A DNA stretch of 64,000 bases, from assembly GCA_051599415.1 (NCBI GenBank), contig AP039694.1:558001-622000 (forward strand). Reading direction: 5' to 3'. Numbering within the stretch: position 1 is the stretch's first letter; every line of letters starts with the position of its first letter. This DNA comes from Savitreella phatthalungensis (lineage: Eukaryota). Below are positions 23,479 through 35,170 of the stretch, piece by piece. The position numbers and the translations under genes are program-made. The notes below the pieces were generated by a model. It had not been told where the DNA came from. It searched no databases and saw only the letters and a list, made by a program, of their open reading frames with translations.

Positions 23479-23900
23479 ACATGGGCTATGCAATGTAACC
23501 ACATATAGCAATCGCATGCATGTCAACTCGGCGAAGGCACGAAGGCACGGAGGCCGACAGGACGAATAAACATTGACGTGCAGCCTGCTTGCCCGCATTC
23601 TACTGCCTCTTCCACAGAGCGGAACAGCGCTGTTCAATCGTGCAACAACGTTACAAACAAATACGCCAGCATATGTCCTAGAGCAAGCTCAACCAGAATT
23701 CCAGATTTATTGCCACCCTGACATCGTGAAAATTGGACACTCAGTGTCCCAGCCCGGTATCAGATCAAACTTTCGATAGATCAGACCAGTCATTCTGGGA
23801 AGACCCTAAATTCAGCAACATTAGGACGCGCAGATCGAGACCCATCCAGGTTTAGATTCGCAGAGGTCAATCATACAGCTCATAAATAAATTCGTATACA

Positions 23901-26900
23901 CTACTTGGATGCGGCAGTCGTGATGATATTGGGCGGCGGAGGAGCCGAGGCAGAATGCGTCAGGCGGAGCGGCCTGCCGTCTGGGCCCAGTGCTAACACA
24001 GACGACGTGGGCACCTGGAGACCATGTGGCAAAAAGGCAAAGCCATCGGAAGTGCCCAACAGTGGCATGCCTGTTTCAGAATCGTCATTCCTCTCACTCG
24101 TCCCGGCATGATGGCAATCTCCACTCGCCTCATGGTTCACCGAGCTCGCAGCATGGAGAGCCCCGGCGGAGGGCGGAGGGCTCGCGATGTCAACCCCCTG
24201 CGGCACACCCGCTGATCTCTTGATCGGGCCTCGGTGTTGCTGCTGCGGCGAAAGTCCTGCCAGATCAGCGGCAATCTTATTCGATTCGTCAGTGGAACTC
24301 GTTGCGGCCTGAGCCGCGGCCGCATCAGCTGCAAGTATCATCTGTCGAAGCGCGCGAATCTGTAGACCGCCAGCGACCCGGCCAATCGGTTTCATCGTCG
24401 CGAAGGTGGGCATAGCGAGTGCTGATGTGCCGGTCATGGCTGCGGCGGTGGTGGCAGAAGCTGTGCCAGCGCTGAAGAACGATGCCCTCAACGGAGAGCT
24501 CGCTGGCGATGATTCAGACTGACCACTGCCAGGGGTAGTGTGCAACGATCCGATCACGTGCACCGACTGGGTTGCCGGAGGTGTGCCTGCAACAATACCG
24601 AGCCCCTGTGTACTGCCCTGTTGTCGTAAGCCGGCGAATAAACCTTGCTCTTGCGGTGGCAAGTGCGCCGTGTTACGTGCAGCTGCAGAGCTCGTGGACG
24701 GATTCGCACCAACGGTGCTGCTCTGCGATTGACGAGAAGCACTGAAAACATTTCGCAAAGGAGACCCCGATGTCGCAAGCTGAGGCCCTGCATCGCCGCG
24801 CGGTCCCGAGCTAAGGCTAGCTCCGAAGGGTTGCGTTGTCGTCTGATCGTGCGTAGGAATATAGACAGACGGTAGGAGGACGCACGTCTCATAGATAGTG
24901 TTAGCCGTGTCTGCATTCAGCAGGACGTGTAAACGTTTGCGTAAGGTTCGTGCCAGAGCAACCAGGGCTGGCGGCTGTAGAACGGCCGGGGACAACGGCG
25001 TGTCAGACGCTGGTACTTGAGCATTCAGTCCCAGATTCGCGCCACGACGAGCTGAAGGTGACGAGGATTGGGGACCAGAGATATGCAGATTCGAGATGTT
25101 ATTGACGAACGCAGCATGACCGGCACTGGTCTGTAGAGACTGGCGTCTCGTCATTTCTGGACTCAGGCTCAGCTCCGGCGTCGCATGAGCAGAAAGAGGA
25201 GGCGGATGCACTGACCGACTGGGGTTTGCAGTCGGTTGGTGTTTCAAGCCAGTGCTTGATTGGACTGCTGTCTCTTCGGCTGCTAGCGTATGCGAAGGTT
25301 GAGATACACCTGTGACAGAGAAGGGTAATGTAGCAATGTTGCCAACAGAAGGCTCTCGATGTGGCGAGTGCGGTACGTTTGCCCCGCTCGAGCCTGTGTG
25401 GGTCTTGCTAAGCTTCTGCGCTGACGGCAATCTTGCGCCCGGCTGTGGAGAACCTTGATCGACGCTCCAGAGCAGAAAACTGTTAACCATCATCAACGCA
25501 TGACAGCAAGCGCGCACAGATTCAAAGACGTTTCGAGGGAGGGAGCCCGTGTAGAGCCAATGAATCAAAGCGTTGACGACGATTGAAGGAAAGGGAACGT
25601 AAATTGAGCGTGGCCCTGCGAGCTTTATAGCAAGCGCGGTTCTGTCATTGGCTTTCCTCCACGAGGTTGGTACGTGTAGACTACTCTCGTGTATCGACGT
25701 GCGCGGCTGTTGGGAGAAGCTTCGAGACATAAGGGACGATGAGCCAATGGAGCCATGACGGTGCACAGGCGCAATGCCTGCAGATATACTGGTTGCCGCG
25801 GCTGAAGCCATCGAGGCTGCAGCAAGATGTCCTCCAGGTATGTTCGCCGCGAATTGTCCATACGACGATGTTGGAAAGGGAACGTTGCCGTGAATGAGCT
25901 GCATAAAACCTGGACATCGTGCTAGTAGCACATTCGAGTTAATGGGCAGCACAACACGATCCTGCGTCAAGAGCTCCATGTCGGCAAAGTTGATGTCGCT
26001 CAACATTGACTTGCCGAGGAGCTTGGATAATGGAGACATTTCATCGTGCTCGGGCTGGATTATCTCAAAGGCCTCTAGATCGACGAGACACAGATGCTCG
26101 AAATTGACACGTCGCAGATTATAGTCATCCGCCAGCTGTCGATCCATGTCGCCAAGAAGCACAAGCCGTTCCATCTCATCGCACATGATAGCACGGTTCC
26201 AGGACGCCTGGCCGAGTACCGGTTCAAGTTCAATGCGCTTCCAGGTGTGCGTCTCGAGTGCCATCGCCCAAATAGCCATCGTCTGTGTCGTGTTTGTGAG
26301 ATATGTGCCGGTCAGGATGAGATGATTGGCGAAGACGGATCCCGTTGGGAACCGCAATCCCGGCGGCAGTCCATCTTCACTGGCCTGCATCTTGGCCGAA
26401 AAGTCCGTGAATTGCAATGATGTAGTCTGCATGTTGCCTCCGTCACCGCTGCCAGATGCATCGGGAGCCGGTGATACTAGGAGTCGACGCTGCACGTCTG
26501 CGAAATTCTGATTACAATAGAGATAAAGCGGATTTGAAGTGCTTGAGCCCGTTCGGTCCGGCTCTGCGCCAGGGGTCGGTGGATCTTCACTCCGACGGAC
26601 CCCATCGATGTCAATCGGCGATTGCGAAAGCTCTCTCTTGTGGCCAAATGGCGAGATCGTCGTGTGCATCTCCGCGACTTCTGCTTCCGCTCGTTCCGCC
26701 TCAGCACTGTCTGGATAGATCACATTCAACGGTGCATTAGAGCTTGTCAAGAAAGCACGATATGAGCCACAGTTCAGGTCCGCCGGGGTAATGCTCGTCC
26801 ATACCAAATCATGCAAGTCGAAAATAGCGATGTCTTGCAAATAGTCGTTCGCTAGGTCTTGTCCGCCGACGACAATGAGCTTGTCCGCGCTTGTGGTCGA

Positions 26901-27326
26901 GAGATGAGCGTAGCGCGGCTGGGCCCAGAGACTTGTCTGAAGTGAAGGACGCTTGATAGTGGTCCAAGTGCAGCTAATTGTGTCGAAGATGGAGATATCA
27001 TCCAGAACAGCAGCTGCCTCTGCGCTTTCTATGCGATCGCCCTGCATACCGCCGAAAATGACGATCTTTTCGCCATAGGCGCTTGCAGTGTGAAAGTACC
27101 TCGCTTTTGGTCTTGTCGTGTCTGTGCAAGATGTGTCCACATGAGTCCAGAAGGCTGTATCGAGATCCAGGCAGTAGACCTCGCAAGAAGACCGTTTAGA
27201 CTGTAGCGACCGGCCACCGATCACGAATAGCTGCCGACGCACAATCGTTGTGGTAGCGCCAACCAATGGCGGGGGGATTTCACCAGTGCATCGTCGCCGA
27301 TCGATACAGAGGTCGAGAATGGTCAT
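23901..27326 (-). CDS. Kelch-repeat/BTB protein, Ral2/Mds3-like
   Basis: Kelch repeats (PPPLVGAT, RYFHTAS, RYAHLS), LPPGLRFPTG, DDYNLRRVNF, and split BTB-like segments (FADMELL..LLARCPGF; ALIHWLYTG). Confidence 0.8.
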   Translation of the reverse strand: MTILDLCIDRRRCTGEIPPPLVGATTTIVRRQLFVIGGRSLQSKRSSCEVYCLDLDTAFWTHVDTSCTDTTRPKARYFHTASAYGEKIVIFGGMQGDRIESAEAAAVLDDISIFDTISCTWTTIKRPSLQTSLWAQPRYAHLSTTSADKLIVVGGQDLANDYLQDIAIFDLHDLVWTSITPADLNCGSYRAFLTSSNAPLNVIYPDSAEAERAEAEVAEMHTTISPFGHKRELSQSPIDIDGVRRSEDPPTPGAEPDRTGSSTSNPLYLYCNQNFADVQRRLLVSPAPDASGSGDGGNMQTTSLQFTDFSAKMQASEDGLPPGLRFPTGSVFANHLILTGTYLTNTTQTMAIWAMALETHTWKRIELEPVLGQASWNRAIMCDEMERLVLLGDMDRQLADDYNLRRVNFEHLCLVDLEAFEIIQPEHDEMSPLSKLLGKSMLSDINFADMELLTQDRVVLPINSNVLLARCPGFMQLIHGNVPFPTSSYGQFAANIPGGHLAAASMASAAATSISAGIAPVHRHGSIGSSSLMSRSFSQQPRTSIHESSLHVPTSWRKANDRTALAIKLAGPRSIYVPFPSIVVNALIHWLYTGSLPRNVFESVRACCHALMMVNSFLLWSVDQGSPQPGARLPSAQKLSKTHTGSSGANVPHSPHREPSVGNIATLPFSVTGVSQPSHTLAAEETAVQSSTGLKHQPTANPSRSVHPPPLSAHATPELSLSPEMTRRQSLQTSAGHAAFVNNISNLHISGPQSSSPSARRGANLGLNAQVPASDTPLSPAVLQPPALVALARTLRKRLHVLLNADTANTIYETCVLLPSVYIPTHDQTTTQPFGASLSSGPRGDAGPQLATSGSPLRNVFSASRQSQSSTVGANPSTSSAAARNTAHLPPQEQGLFAGLRQQGSTQGLGIVAGTPPATQSVHVIGSLHTTPGSGQSESSPASSPLRASFFSAGTASATTAAAMTGTSALAMPTFATMKPIGRVAGGLQIRALRQMILAADAAAAQAATSSTDESNKIAADLAGLSPQQQHRGPIKRSAGVPQGVDIASPPPSAGALHAASSVNHEASGDCHHAGTSERNDDSETGMPLLGTSDGFAFLPHGLQVPTSSVLALGPDGRPLRLTHSASAPPPPNIITTAASK

Positions 27327-28141
27327 GACGTGGTATCAGTGATGGCCAGTCTACTATCTTGCAGCCATAGTGGATCGCAGCCTGGTGAAATTTACCGATC
27401 CGAGGTCCGCGCGATGACCGCTACAAGCATCGAGAATCTGCTGAATGGAGTATGATGTTCTCTCAGCTCGGTAGAAGAGCACGTCTCGAGCTGTAAGCAC
27501 TCCGTCAACCGGTCACCTGATCAATGAGCGAGTCCGCCTGCAACGCCTGGTAGAACCTCGATACGTCTCACTGTCCGAACATGGAGATGGGCTCGGCAGT
27601 GATTCCGATATGTTGATACACAGCAACTATTAAGCGCATATCATCTCCCACACGTACAGAAATCCCATGGCAGTATATAACAACCATTTATTTACATCCA
27701 TATGTGCATGTCGAAATCTTATTTCCTATGAGCGCGTAGATTTCGAATAAGAATTAGAATTAATCGATCATAATTTAATTGATTTGATCTGAATTGATCA
27801 AGAATACCGGTCCAGTTCGCAAATCACTGCAGCTGTATATATGGCCATATATGCTTCTGGCGAGGACTGCAATTAATAGTATATTCGACAATCATCCGAT
27901 TTAATTGAACCAACTACAGTACTCTTCTGATAGATGAATAGATCAATGATATCGAGTGAACGCTCCACAATTTGCCTGTCGAAACAGATCTGACTGTATG
28001 CATGGTATACCCATGGCACGGCAAGGACTGTGCAAATGCTTATCCACATATCTGCACGACCATCAAGGCGCTATCACAGAGGCGTACGTTGCCCTACTGG
28101 CCTTCAGTGAAGGGATAGATTCTGCCTACGCATATGCCAAG

Positions 28142-28458
28142 ATGATCGAGGTCATCTGCAACGATCGGTTGGGCAAAAAGATAAGGTATGTAGTCTCGAT
28201 CATCGCCGTGCATTCTTCTTACATGATTCAGAGTCAAGTGTAACGAGGACGACACCATTGGCGACCTCAAGAAGCTTGTGGCTGCACAATCAGGAACAGC
28301 AGCGTGAGTTCCCATCTTGTGAATGATTCGAGTCGGCTAACAGACGAGACAGCGATCGGATAGTGCTTAAGAAATGGTACACGACTTTCAAGGACCATAT
28401 CAGCCTAGCGGATTACGAGATACACAACGGCATGTCGCTTGAGCTCTACTACACTTGA
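28142..28458 (+). CDS. HUB1: Ubiquitin-like modifier Hub1/UBL5; introns 28186-28231 and 28304-28352
   Basis: Spliced product [73 protein letters not shown] with the C-terminal di-tyrosine. Confidence 0.97.
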
Positions 28459-28778
28459 AGTCAAATACTCAAGGCTGGATTGTTCACCATCCACCAATCG
28501 ACGACCGTGAATTTGAAATCCCTCCTCAACGTAATCGGAAATCTATGTTATGACGAATCGTCCGGAAGACCCGGAGCTCGTCCTGGTCGCTTTGGCGGCG
28601 CTCCGTTCTGTGGATGATTGGAAGTCTCTATGTCGGCTTGCAAGCGCGACGGCAGCGTGTCAGATAATTCGGCTGGAAGTCCTTGTGCGCCCGAATGCGG
28701 ATATGGGCGGGCATGTTTGGGCAATGGTTTCTTCATCGTGATCCGAGCCTTCTTCTGAATCACCGTCGCGTCCTGGCG

Positions 28779-29318
28779 TCATAGCTCAACTTTGGCAGCA
28801 GGCTCGGCCTTCGCCGGCTCTTCTCCAGACACAGAGCCTGGATTCGTCGCCTGCTTCGGGTCTTGCTGGATCTCAGGCTCCGGCGCGACTGCTGCTTCGG
28901 CGGCGGTTGGTGGTGTGTAGCCATCGATACCCATCAATTCCACATCAAAGACGAGCGTCGAGCCAGCGGGAATTGGACCCATACCGCGATCGCCGTAACC
29001 GAGATTCGGTGGAATAGTGAGCTTCCTCTTCTCCCCGACGCACATGTCCAGTAGACCCTGATCCCATCCTTTAATAACTTGACCTGCGCCGAGGACAAAG
29101 CTGAAAGGCGTGCCGCGATTGTAGGAGGCGTCGAATTCCTTACCGTTGGCGGCTAGGGTCCCGCGATAATGCATCGAGAGGCGATCTCCATTTGTTGTCT
29201 TACGAGTGCAGAGCGCCGCAGCCACGGTGTGCTTCACGCCAATTTGCAGCTTTCCGGGCTCGTCTGCCCAGGTCAGAGCCACGAGACCGAGCGTGTACAA
29301 TTGTGCGAGCAGCTGCAT
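28779..29318 (-). CDS. FPR2: ER FKBP-type peptidyl-prolyl isomerase (FKBP13)
   Basis: Signal peptide, LSMHYRGTL..FDASY, GQVIKGWDQGLLDMCVGEKRKLTIPP, C-terminal KVEL. Confidence 0.92.
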   Translation of the reverse strand: MQLLAQLYTLGLVALTWADEPGKLQIGVKHTVAAALCTRKTTNGDRLSMHYRGTLAANGKEFDASYNRGTPFSFVLGAGQVIKGWDQGLLDMCVGEKRKLTIPPNLGYGDRGMGPIPAGSTLVFDVELMGIDGYTPPTAAEAAVAPEPEIQQDPKQATNPGSVSGEEPAKAEPAAKVEL

Positions 29319-30177
29319 TGTGCGCGACTCAGAAGCGCAACTAGGTATCGCCAATTAAAGCGACGCGACGAGCTTTCGTGACAGGTTCAATCGTGGTTGT
29401 ACGCGGCCCGCCCGTTGTGGCCTGTGATTCAGGCGGGGAATTGAATTCCTCTTCGACCCGTGCTAAACTGACCGTCGATCTCTTGATCAAGCCCCGAAAA
29501 GCTTGAATCACAAGCAGTGTATCGCTGTAGTGCATCGAATTACTTTTAAATTATATCATGCACTGCATATAGTCAAGACTACAATTTCGCATTTATTTAA
29601 GTATTCATGCGCAGACATGATATAAGGGAAAGACCTCACATGCAGTATGTCGAACAGTCTTTTCACCAGTCGCCTTTTGTGGCAGTAGACGGAGGAGGGA
29701 AACTCAAGTGTACTGTACTATGAATCCAAGGAAGCTCTGACCGGATTGGAATCTTTCGCGCTCGCCAGCCAAGTTTCAGTTCGCGCGACAAGCTGGTGGA
29801 AATCAAGACGATTTGGATACGCCGTCTGCCTCGCAGTTCCGTTATACGTTTGCATCATGATCAATTTCCCGCCTACGTCGGGCAGCTGAAACCGATTTTC
29901 AGCCAGCAATCGATGCGATGCATGCAGAGCGTACCGAAATTACGCACGAGTCATCCATTTATCAGGCAAGCGTCTGACTCCTCGTACGATTGATAAAGTC
30001 AGAGGATGACAGTCCCAGTTCTTCTGTTCTCATTCGCTCTTCTCGCGCAGACTCGGATATACCTCGCAACAGGCAAAGGATTGGGGAGAGCCTCTTCGTA
30101 GGGCTAAGTTCCGGCAGCCTTTGCATAGTTCGGGCTTTGCCCGCCCTCAGTACGGAGTCAAATCAGACGATCTACAC

Positions 30178-30855
30178 ATGCCAAAGTTGCGCAGCTCCTC
30201 AAGGCGATCCGCTGATGAGCATGGAGGAGATTACAAGTTGCCGCTCAAGAGAAACCGAAGACACAATCTGCCTCGTCAGCGTCAGGCAAGTCCTTCTGAC
30301 ATTGCCAGAATCGATCAAAAACTAGAACAGTCTGCGCAGAAAGTGGACCAGCCCCGTCGCTTTCTCATGAAAGCTGAACCTGAGACGCGGATGGAAAAAG
30401 GTCATGATGTGCGCTTCTCGATTGACGACTTAAAGGCTCGTGGTGAACACGGCGAGCCATGGGACGGCGTGCGCAATAGCGAGGCCTGCAAGATTATGCG
30501 CACCGAGATGCAGATTGGCGACCTTGGATTCTTCTACCACTCGAATTGTCCCACGCCAGGCATCGCCGGCATTCTGCGAATCCGAAGGGCAGGTCATGTT
30601 GATGACTCAGCCTTCGACTCTCAACATCCGTATTACGATCCAAAGTCCTCTACAGCGAATCCGCGATGGTATCGCGTCGAGGTTGAATACGTCAGGCATA
30701 TGCAACGCTTCATCTCGCTTCGAGAGCTTCGAGAACATGGTGCTGGTATGTTGAAAGACATGGCGTTACTCAAGCGACCGCAACTGAGCGTGCAACGCGT
30801 GCAGCCGGCAGAATGGGACTTCATTATGTCACTGGAGAAGAATAATCCAAAATGA
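30178..30855 (+). CDS. EVE-domain protein (THYN1-like)
   Basis: FLMKAEPE..FSIDDL..WDGVRN..FFYHSNC..PGIAG..HPYYDPKS..LSVQRV..EWDFI. Confidence 0.92.
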   Translation: MPKLRSSSRRSADEHGGDYKLPLKRNRRHNLPRQRQASPSDIARIDQKLEQSAQKVDQPRRFLMKAEPETRMEKGHDVRFSIDDLKARGEHGEPWDGVRNSEACKIMRTEMQIGDLGFFYHSNCPTPGIAGILRIRRAGHVDDSAFDSQHPYYDPKSSTANPRWYRVEVEYVRHMQRFISLRELREHGAGMLKDMALLKRPQLSVQRVQPAEWDFIMSLEKNNPK

Positions 30856-30958
30856 TCGCTCTCCACGGGGGAGCACTTAAGAGACTTTGTAGGAGGACTG
30901 AGGGCCACTGACGGCCTCCCAGGCCGATATAGGGGAAAGGAACCACATTGTATCAAAT

Positions 30959-33271
30959 TTAACCTTGCACAATTTTTAGGAAGCCGGCGATGCGTGCAGC
31001 TTCTTCACTGGTTGCTGGACCATCACTTTCGACAGCCTGAAGCAATTGCGGAAGCAAATGCTCAATACGAGATGGATCATCTTCGCCTGTGCATAGTGCC
31101 ACCACGCGCCGGCAACGTTGTTCGAGCTCGCTCGACTTCAGTCGCAGCGAGCTGGCCAGCGAATTAAGTATACCAGCATTGTAAGCATAGGCTCGTATGC
31201 GTGCCTTTAGCTCGTGCGTAGAAGCCTTTGAGCCATCGGGAGGCACCAAGATCTCATCCGGGTTGACCGATGGGTTCTCTTGTGAGCCCGAGATTTCGTC
31301 GTCGTTAGGCGCTGTCGCCTCATACTCTTGCTGCTCTGTACGAATGGCGCGTCGAGTATTCGCGATGCGCTGTCGAACGAGCTCAAGCTGCTGCTGTTGT
31401 GTCTCGGCACGAGCCGATTTGCGACGCAAGTCAGCTAACTCGGCGGCCACAGTTTGTAGGTCGGTTCGTGCCACGCGGCCATCCGTTTCGAGCTGCTGTT
31501 GTTCCTTGACGAAGTCGGCCTGAAGGGACTTCAGCAGCCCATGTATGGCGGTGTGGGTGCGATCGATAACCTCAGTGCATGTTCTTTCGTTTGAGCTCAG
31601 ATTGCGAAGCCCAACAGCTTGTAAGAGCTGCTTGCCGTCTGTATCGCTAGTTGATGCATCGATGACGCCGGAGTCGATCGGCCTTAAGCCCGCTCGGTTG
31701 GCGATGAAAGGATTGGCTCCAACTTCCAACAACCTATTGACCAGTGCCTTGTTACCCAGTCTTGCGGCAATATTCAGTGCCGTGTCTCCATTTCGATCGC
31801 GGGCATCTACGACAGTCTGTGAAAATGCTTCGAGACCCATTTGAAATCGCTCTCCATCTCGTACAATCCATTCCAATAGCGTCTCCAGATAGTATCTGCA
31901 AGCTGTCGATCGCCCAGGGATTGCAGAAGTCAGCGTAATGTGGTGTAAAATCGATCGCTTCTGTGCATCGCAAGTCGCCAGCGACCCTCCAAGCGAGTCG
32001 AGTAGCTCCATGAAGGAGCTCTGATCGGAGTTGTTGGTCACCATGACGGCTCGAATTATAGGTGTCTCTCCGTCAGCGTTCCCTCTTCGTGGTTCGGCGC
32101 TGCGCCTCGATAGTGCACGCACCAGCGATAGTCTTGCGAGTGCTGCTGCCCAGTGTAAAGCCGTGTGGCCAAGGTCGTCGATTGCTACATCCACATGAAC
32201 GTCGTCGGGGAATTCAGCCAGCTCATCAGTCGCTTGGTAAGTTTCGCTATCGAGGAAGACACTTGTCAAGACTTCGCGTGAGTGATCAGCGACTGCAACA
32301 TCTTCGATCGCAAGTGGAGGAAATGAAAGCGCAAGCAAAGGAATTTCGAGACGTTTCGAGTGGATTCCGTTGAGCTCAGCTCCCGCAGGTCGCGCATGTT
32401 TGTGCTGTGACATCCTGTGATCGATCTGCGCTGCATCCGTCTCTTGCTGCTCAGGCGCAGCCGCAAATGGATTGGGTGACCCGGATGTTGGCACCGTTGC
32501 ATTGCCTCGATCGGGCCCGTCAAAACTTGTCCGCCTAGGCTTCTGTGCACTGGCTGCGATGAGCGCAGCATAGGTTGCCGCTCCAGAGCCATGTCTGAAG
32601 CTTGAGTCGCGAGAAGCATCGGTTGGTTGTCCTTTGGGTGTCTCGGCAAAGGCCGCAGCTGCGGCCGCTGCAGCCTGTTGGCGAGACTTTTGCGTGTTAT
32701 ATTGTTTCGTTTGTCGATTCGATGCCATGTGCTGCTCCTTCGTCGGAGTGCTGTCCAGCAGAGACATATTAGTCATGTCCATATCAAGCAACGGGGCGAG
32801 CAAGTCTCTGCATCCGTGGCGTTTACACAACTCGAGGCCGATTGGGTACGCAATCCATGTGCCCTGATACTTCCCGTATCCACCTTGTACTTTGTCATGG
32901 GGACCCGTATGGATCTCGCGCTCTAAGATCTTAGTGCGCTGTCCTTTTTGGACGCCAGCAACTTTCAGAATCTGGGTCGCATTGAGAGCACCATCGGAAC
33001 GACGTCGCATCACCGACACACCTCTGCAGGTCATCTCGATGACGTGGACGCCTGAGTAGCTAGCCTGATAAATTTCTAGGTCGGAGTTCTTCGTCGGGAT
33101 GCGGATGCGATTCGTCTGGGGCGTCACGCCGGCGGGGTCAGAATCGACTGTGGTCGACGTGTATTGTGGATCGGGCGTCGCCACACCTCTTCGAGGAGTT
33201 GACATCGGTAGAACATTGGCTGATGAGTTCGTACCTGATGCTGCGATTGAATCAACCTTTTGACCGCTCAT
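30959..33271 (-). CDS. APSES/ankyrin MBF transcription factor subunit (Cdc10/Swi6-like); start uncertain
   Basis: APSES domain (VMRRRSDG.LNATQILKVAG, KVQGGYGKYQGTWI), ankyrin repeats (GHTALHWAAA, GDTALNIAAR), coiled coil and RRVVALCTG C-terminus. Confidence 0.9.
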   Translation of the reverse strand: MSGQKVDSIAASGTNSSANVLPMSTPRRGVATPDPQYTSTTVDSDPAGVTPQTNRIRIPTKNSDLEIYQASYSGVHVIEMTCRGVSVMRRRSDGALNATQILKVAGVQKGQRTKILEREIHTGPHDKVQGGYGKYQGTWIAYPIGLELCKRHGCRDLLAPLLDMDMTNMSLLDSTPTKEQHMASNRQTKQYNTQKSRQQAAAAAAAAFAETPKGQPTDASRDSSFRHGSGAATYAALIAASAQKPRRTSFDGPDRGNATVPTSGSPNPFAAAPEQQETDAAQIDHRMSQHKHARPAGAELNGIHSKRLEIPLLALSFPPLAIEDVAVADHSREVLTSVFLDSETYQATDELAEFPDDVHVDVAIDDLGHTALHWAAALARLSLVRALSRRSAEPRRGNADGETPIIRAVMVTNNSDQSSFMELLDSLGGSLATCDAQKRSILHHITLTSAIPGRSTACRYYLETLLEWIVRDGERFQMGLEAFSQTVVDARDRNGDTALNIAARLGNKALVNRLLEVGANPFIANRAGLRPIDSGVIDASTSDTDGKQLLQAVGLRNLSSNERTCTEVIDRTHTAIHGLLKSLQADFVKEQQQLETDGRVARTDLQTVAAELADLRRKSARAETQQQQLELVRQRIANTRRAIRTEQQEYEATAPNDDEISGSQENPSVNPDEILVPPDGSKASTHELKARIRAYAYNAGILNSLASSLRLKSSELEQRCRRVVALCTGEDDPSRIEHLLPQLLQAVESDGPATSEEAARIAGFLKIVQG

Positions 33272-34327
33272 TTGCTGATGCTCCTTGGCCGCTTGCCTGG
33301 ATATTGACGCAGATTGCCCCGATGTATGAGACACTCGATTGTGGCTGCTGGGTAGAATAGGAGACCAGCGCTATCGGACAATCGCAAATTGGGGTCGAGT
33401 ACGGATCTCGCGTTGTGGCAACAATGCGTGGTGCGGACGACCAATGTTTGACAATCAGCCAACTATCGCATGACAAACTCTTGTCTACCAGGCTTTGGTG
33501 TGTGCCACAGTTCAATGTCCAGCTTGCTGAGAACTCGGCCGCATTCAGAGACTATGCGAGAAATGTCTTCCACCGTGTATAGGCAGTTCCTGTGTACAAT
33601 AGCTAAGTCAGAGTTCTTTGGTGCTTCCTTTGCCTCTGACCCGGGACGTCTTGCCTTGCCCCCAGCTTCCAATGTTCGTAGTGCTGAGTCCGCGGATTCT
33701 CTCCGACGAAATCGGCACGCTCAGAAAATGTGAGGATGTACCCGATTGCTATGGATGCACGTTTCCGGTGGACATGAGAGTTTTTGACATGCGAGGTCGA
33801 GTCGTCAGAATTTCAGTAAGTTTCGAGTAGCCGTGATAGACTGAAGAGATCTACAACCAGGTTCAGCAAGGTCCCGGGTCCGCGTACGCGACTTTGTCAG
33901 GGGGAAAGACGATGCTGTCATGCCATAGTCCTAGCGCAAGCGCCGATCGCTCCGAAAGACTATGATCACATAGACTAATCCACTGGCATCCAACTGTGTC
34001 GGCATACATATGACTGAATCTCGATCGCAAATTGAAGTTCGGTCGCTTAGTTGTCTTGGAAGCGCGAGACGAATATTCAAGCTGGGACTCGAATCGAGCA
34101 ATACCGCGACTAGCTCAATGATGTATAAGCATAAGCTAAGACACGGGGCTCTCCAGACTACGCATATTCGATGCTGAACTATTAAATTGTGCTGGCCAGG
34201 AAGAGCTCCGTAGGCCTGCTTGCCAAGTCAGAGCTTCGTCGTGGTGCAACAACCGAGTACGGAATCGTGTAACACCGCTTTCTAGTACTGCACCATAGCT
34301 CGTCCGTGCTATCGCTCGCAGCCCGTT

Positions 34328-35170
34328 TCACAAGCCCTTTGCGTAATTGCCTTGTGCATAAAAAGTCTGGACCTGAGTAACGATCCCTTCCAGAGCTTGT
34401 GAGTTCTTGTCGAGCTGCTCTTTCACTTTCGCTTGATCACTTCCAAGCTTAGCATAGAAGTCTTTACGGTATGGCGTGGCCTTCATAGCTAACTATTCGA
34501 GTTAGCAAACAGCTCAAGTCCTATACGCGGAAGGAGGAGGATTTGGCTGGTCCAGTATAGATTTGACCCGCTGGCTGCGTAGGGATACCATCTCCGGCCT
34601 CTCTAAAATCGGAATTGACTTACGGAGAACAATGGACGGACGAGCATCCCGTGGAAGGGTCGCAGGGTCGCTTCATATGCCTTTGTGAAGGAGTCAACGA
34701 GCTCTTCTGTCGCGTTCTGCACAGACCGGCGAAGCGCAACGGCTGTGAATTGGAGACCACTGGGATGTCAGTTCCAGTATACAAGAGACTGTAGATCGGG
34801 AGGACTTTACCGCAGTAACCAAAGCAGGCCCTCCGTGGCTGTTCGCTTCTTCTCCGTCGCACATTCGTTCTTCACGAGTTCTTCCAGTGTTTCTGATTGA
34901 GCTGGATGGGAGAGCAACCTATTGCGCACCTTGGCGATATTGCCGGTCATGTCCTTCTGCACAACGCTGAACGCCGCAGACCCAAGCAAATCAAATAACT
35001 TCACCAGACCTTCTGCAGCTTCCAGGAACTCATTTGTCATGACGCCACGTTCATTGATATTTACCCTGCATGAGGCAGCCTCGTCAGTGTATGTTTGACA
35101 ACGCGAAGTGCAGATTGTCGGCTCACTCTGGCCATTGCCTCTGGAGCTGATCGAAGTAGGTGGATGACAT
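34328..35170 (-). CDS. Glycolipid transfer protein (GLTP/HET-C2-like); introns 35126-35066, 34810-34760, 34623-34493
   Basis: Spliced frame MSSTYFDQL..EFLEAAEGLVKLFDLLGSAAFSVVQKDMTGNIAK..ATEGLLWLLRGLQFT..AYEATLRPFHGMLVRPLFSLAMKATPYRKDFYAKLG. Confidence 0.93.

Noticed and set aside
28548..28763. 71-aa ORF just downstream of FKBP13
   Set aside because: No motif or clear splice link; probably 3'UTR
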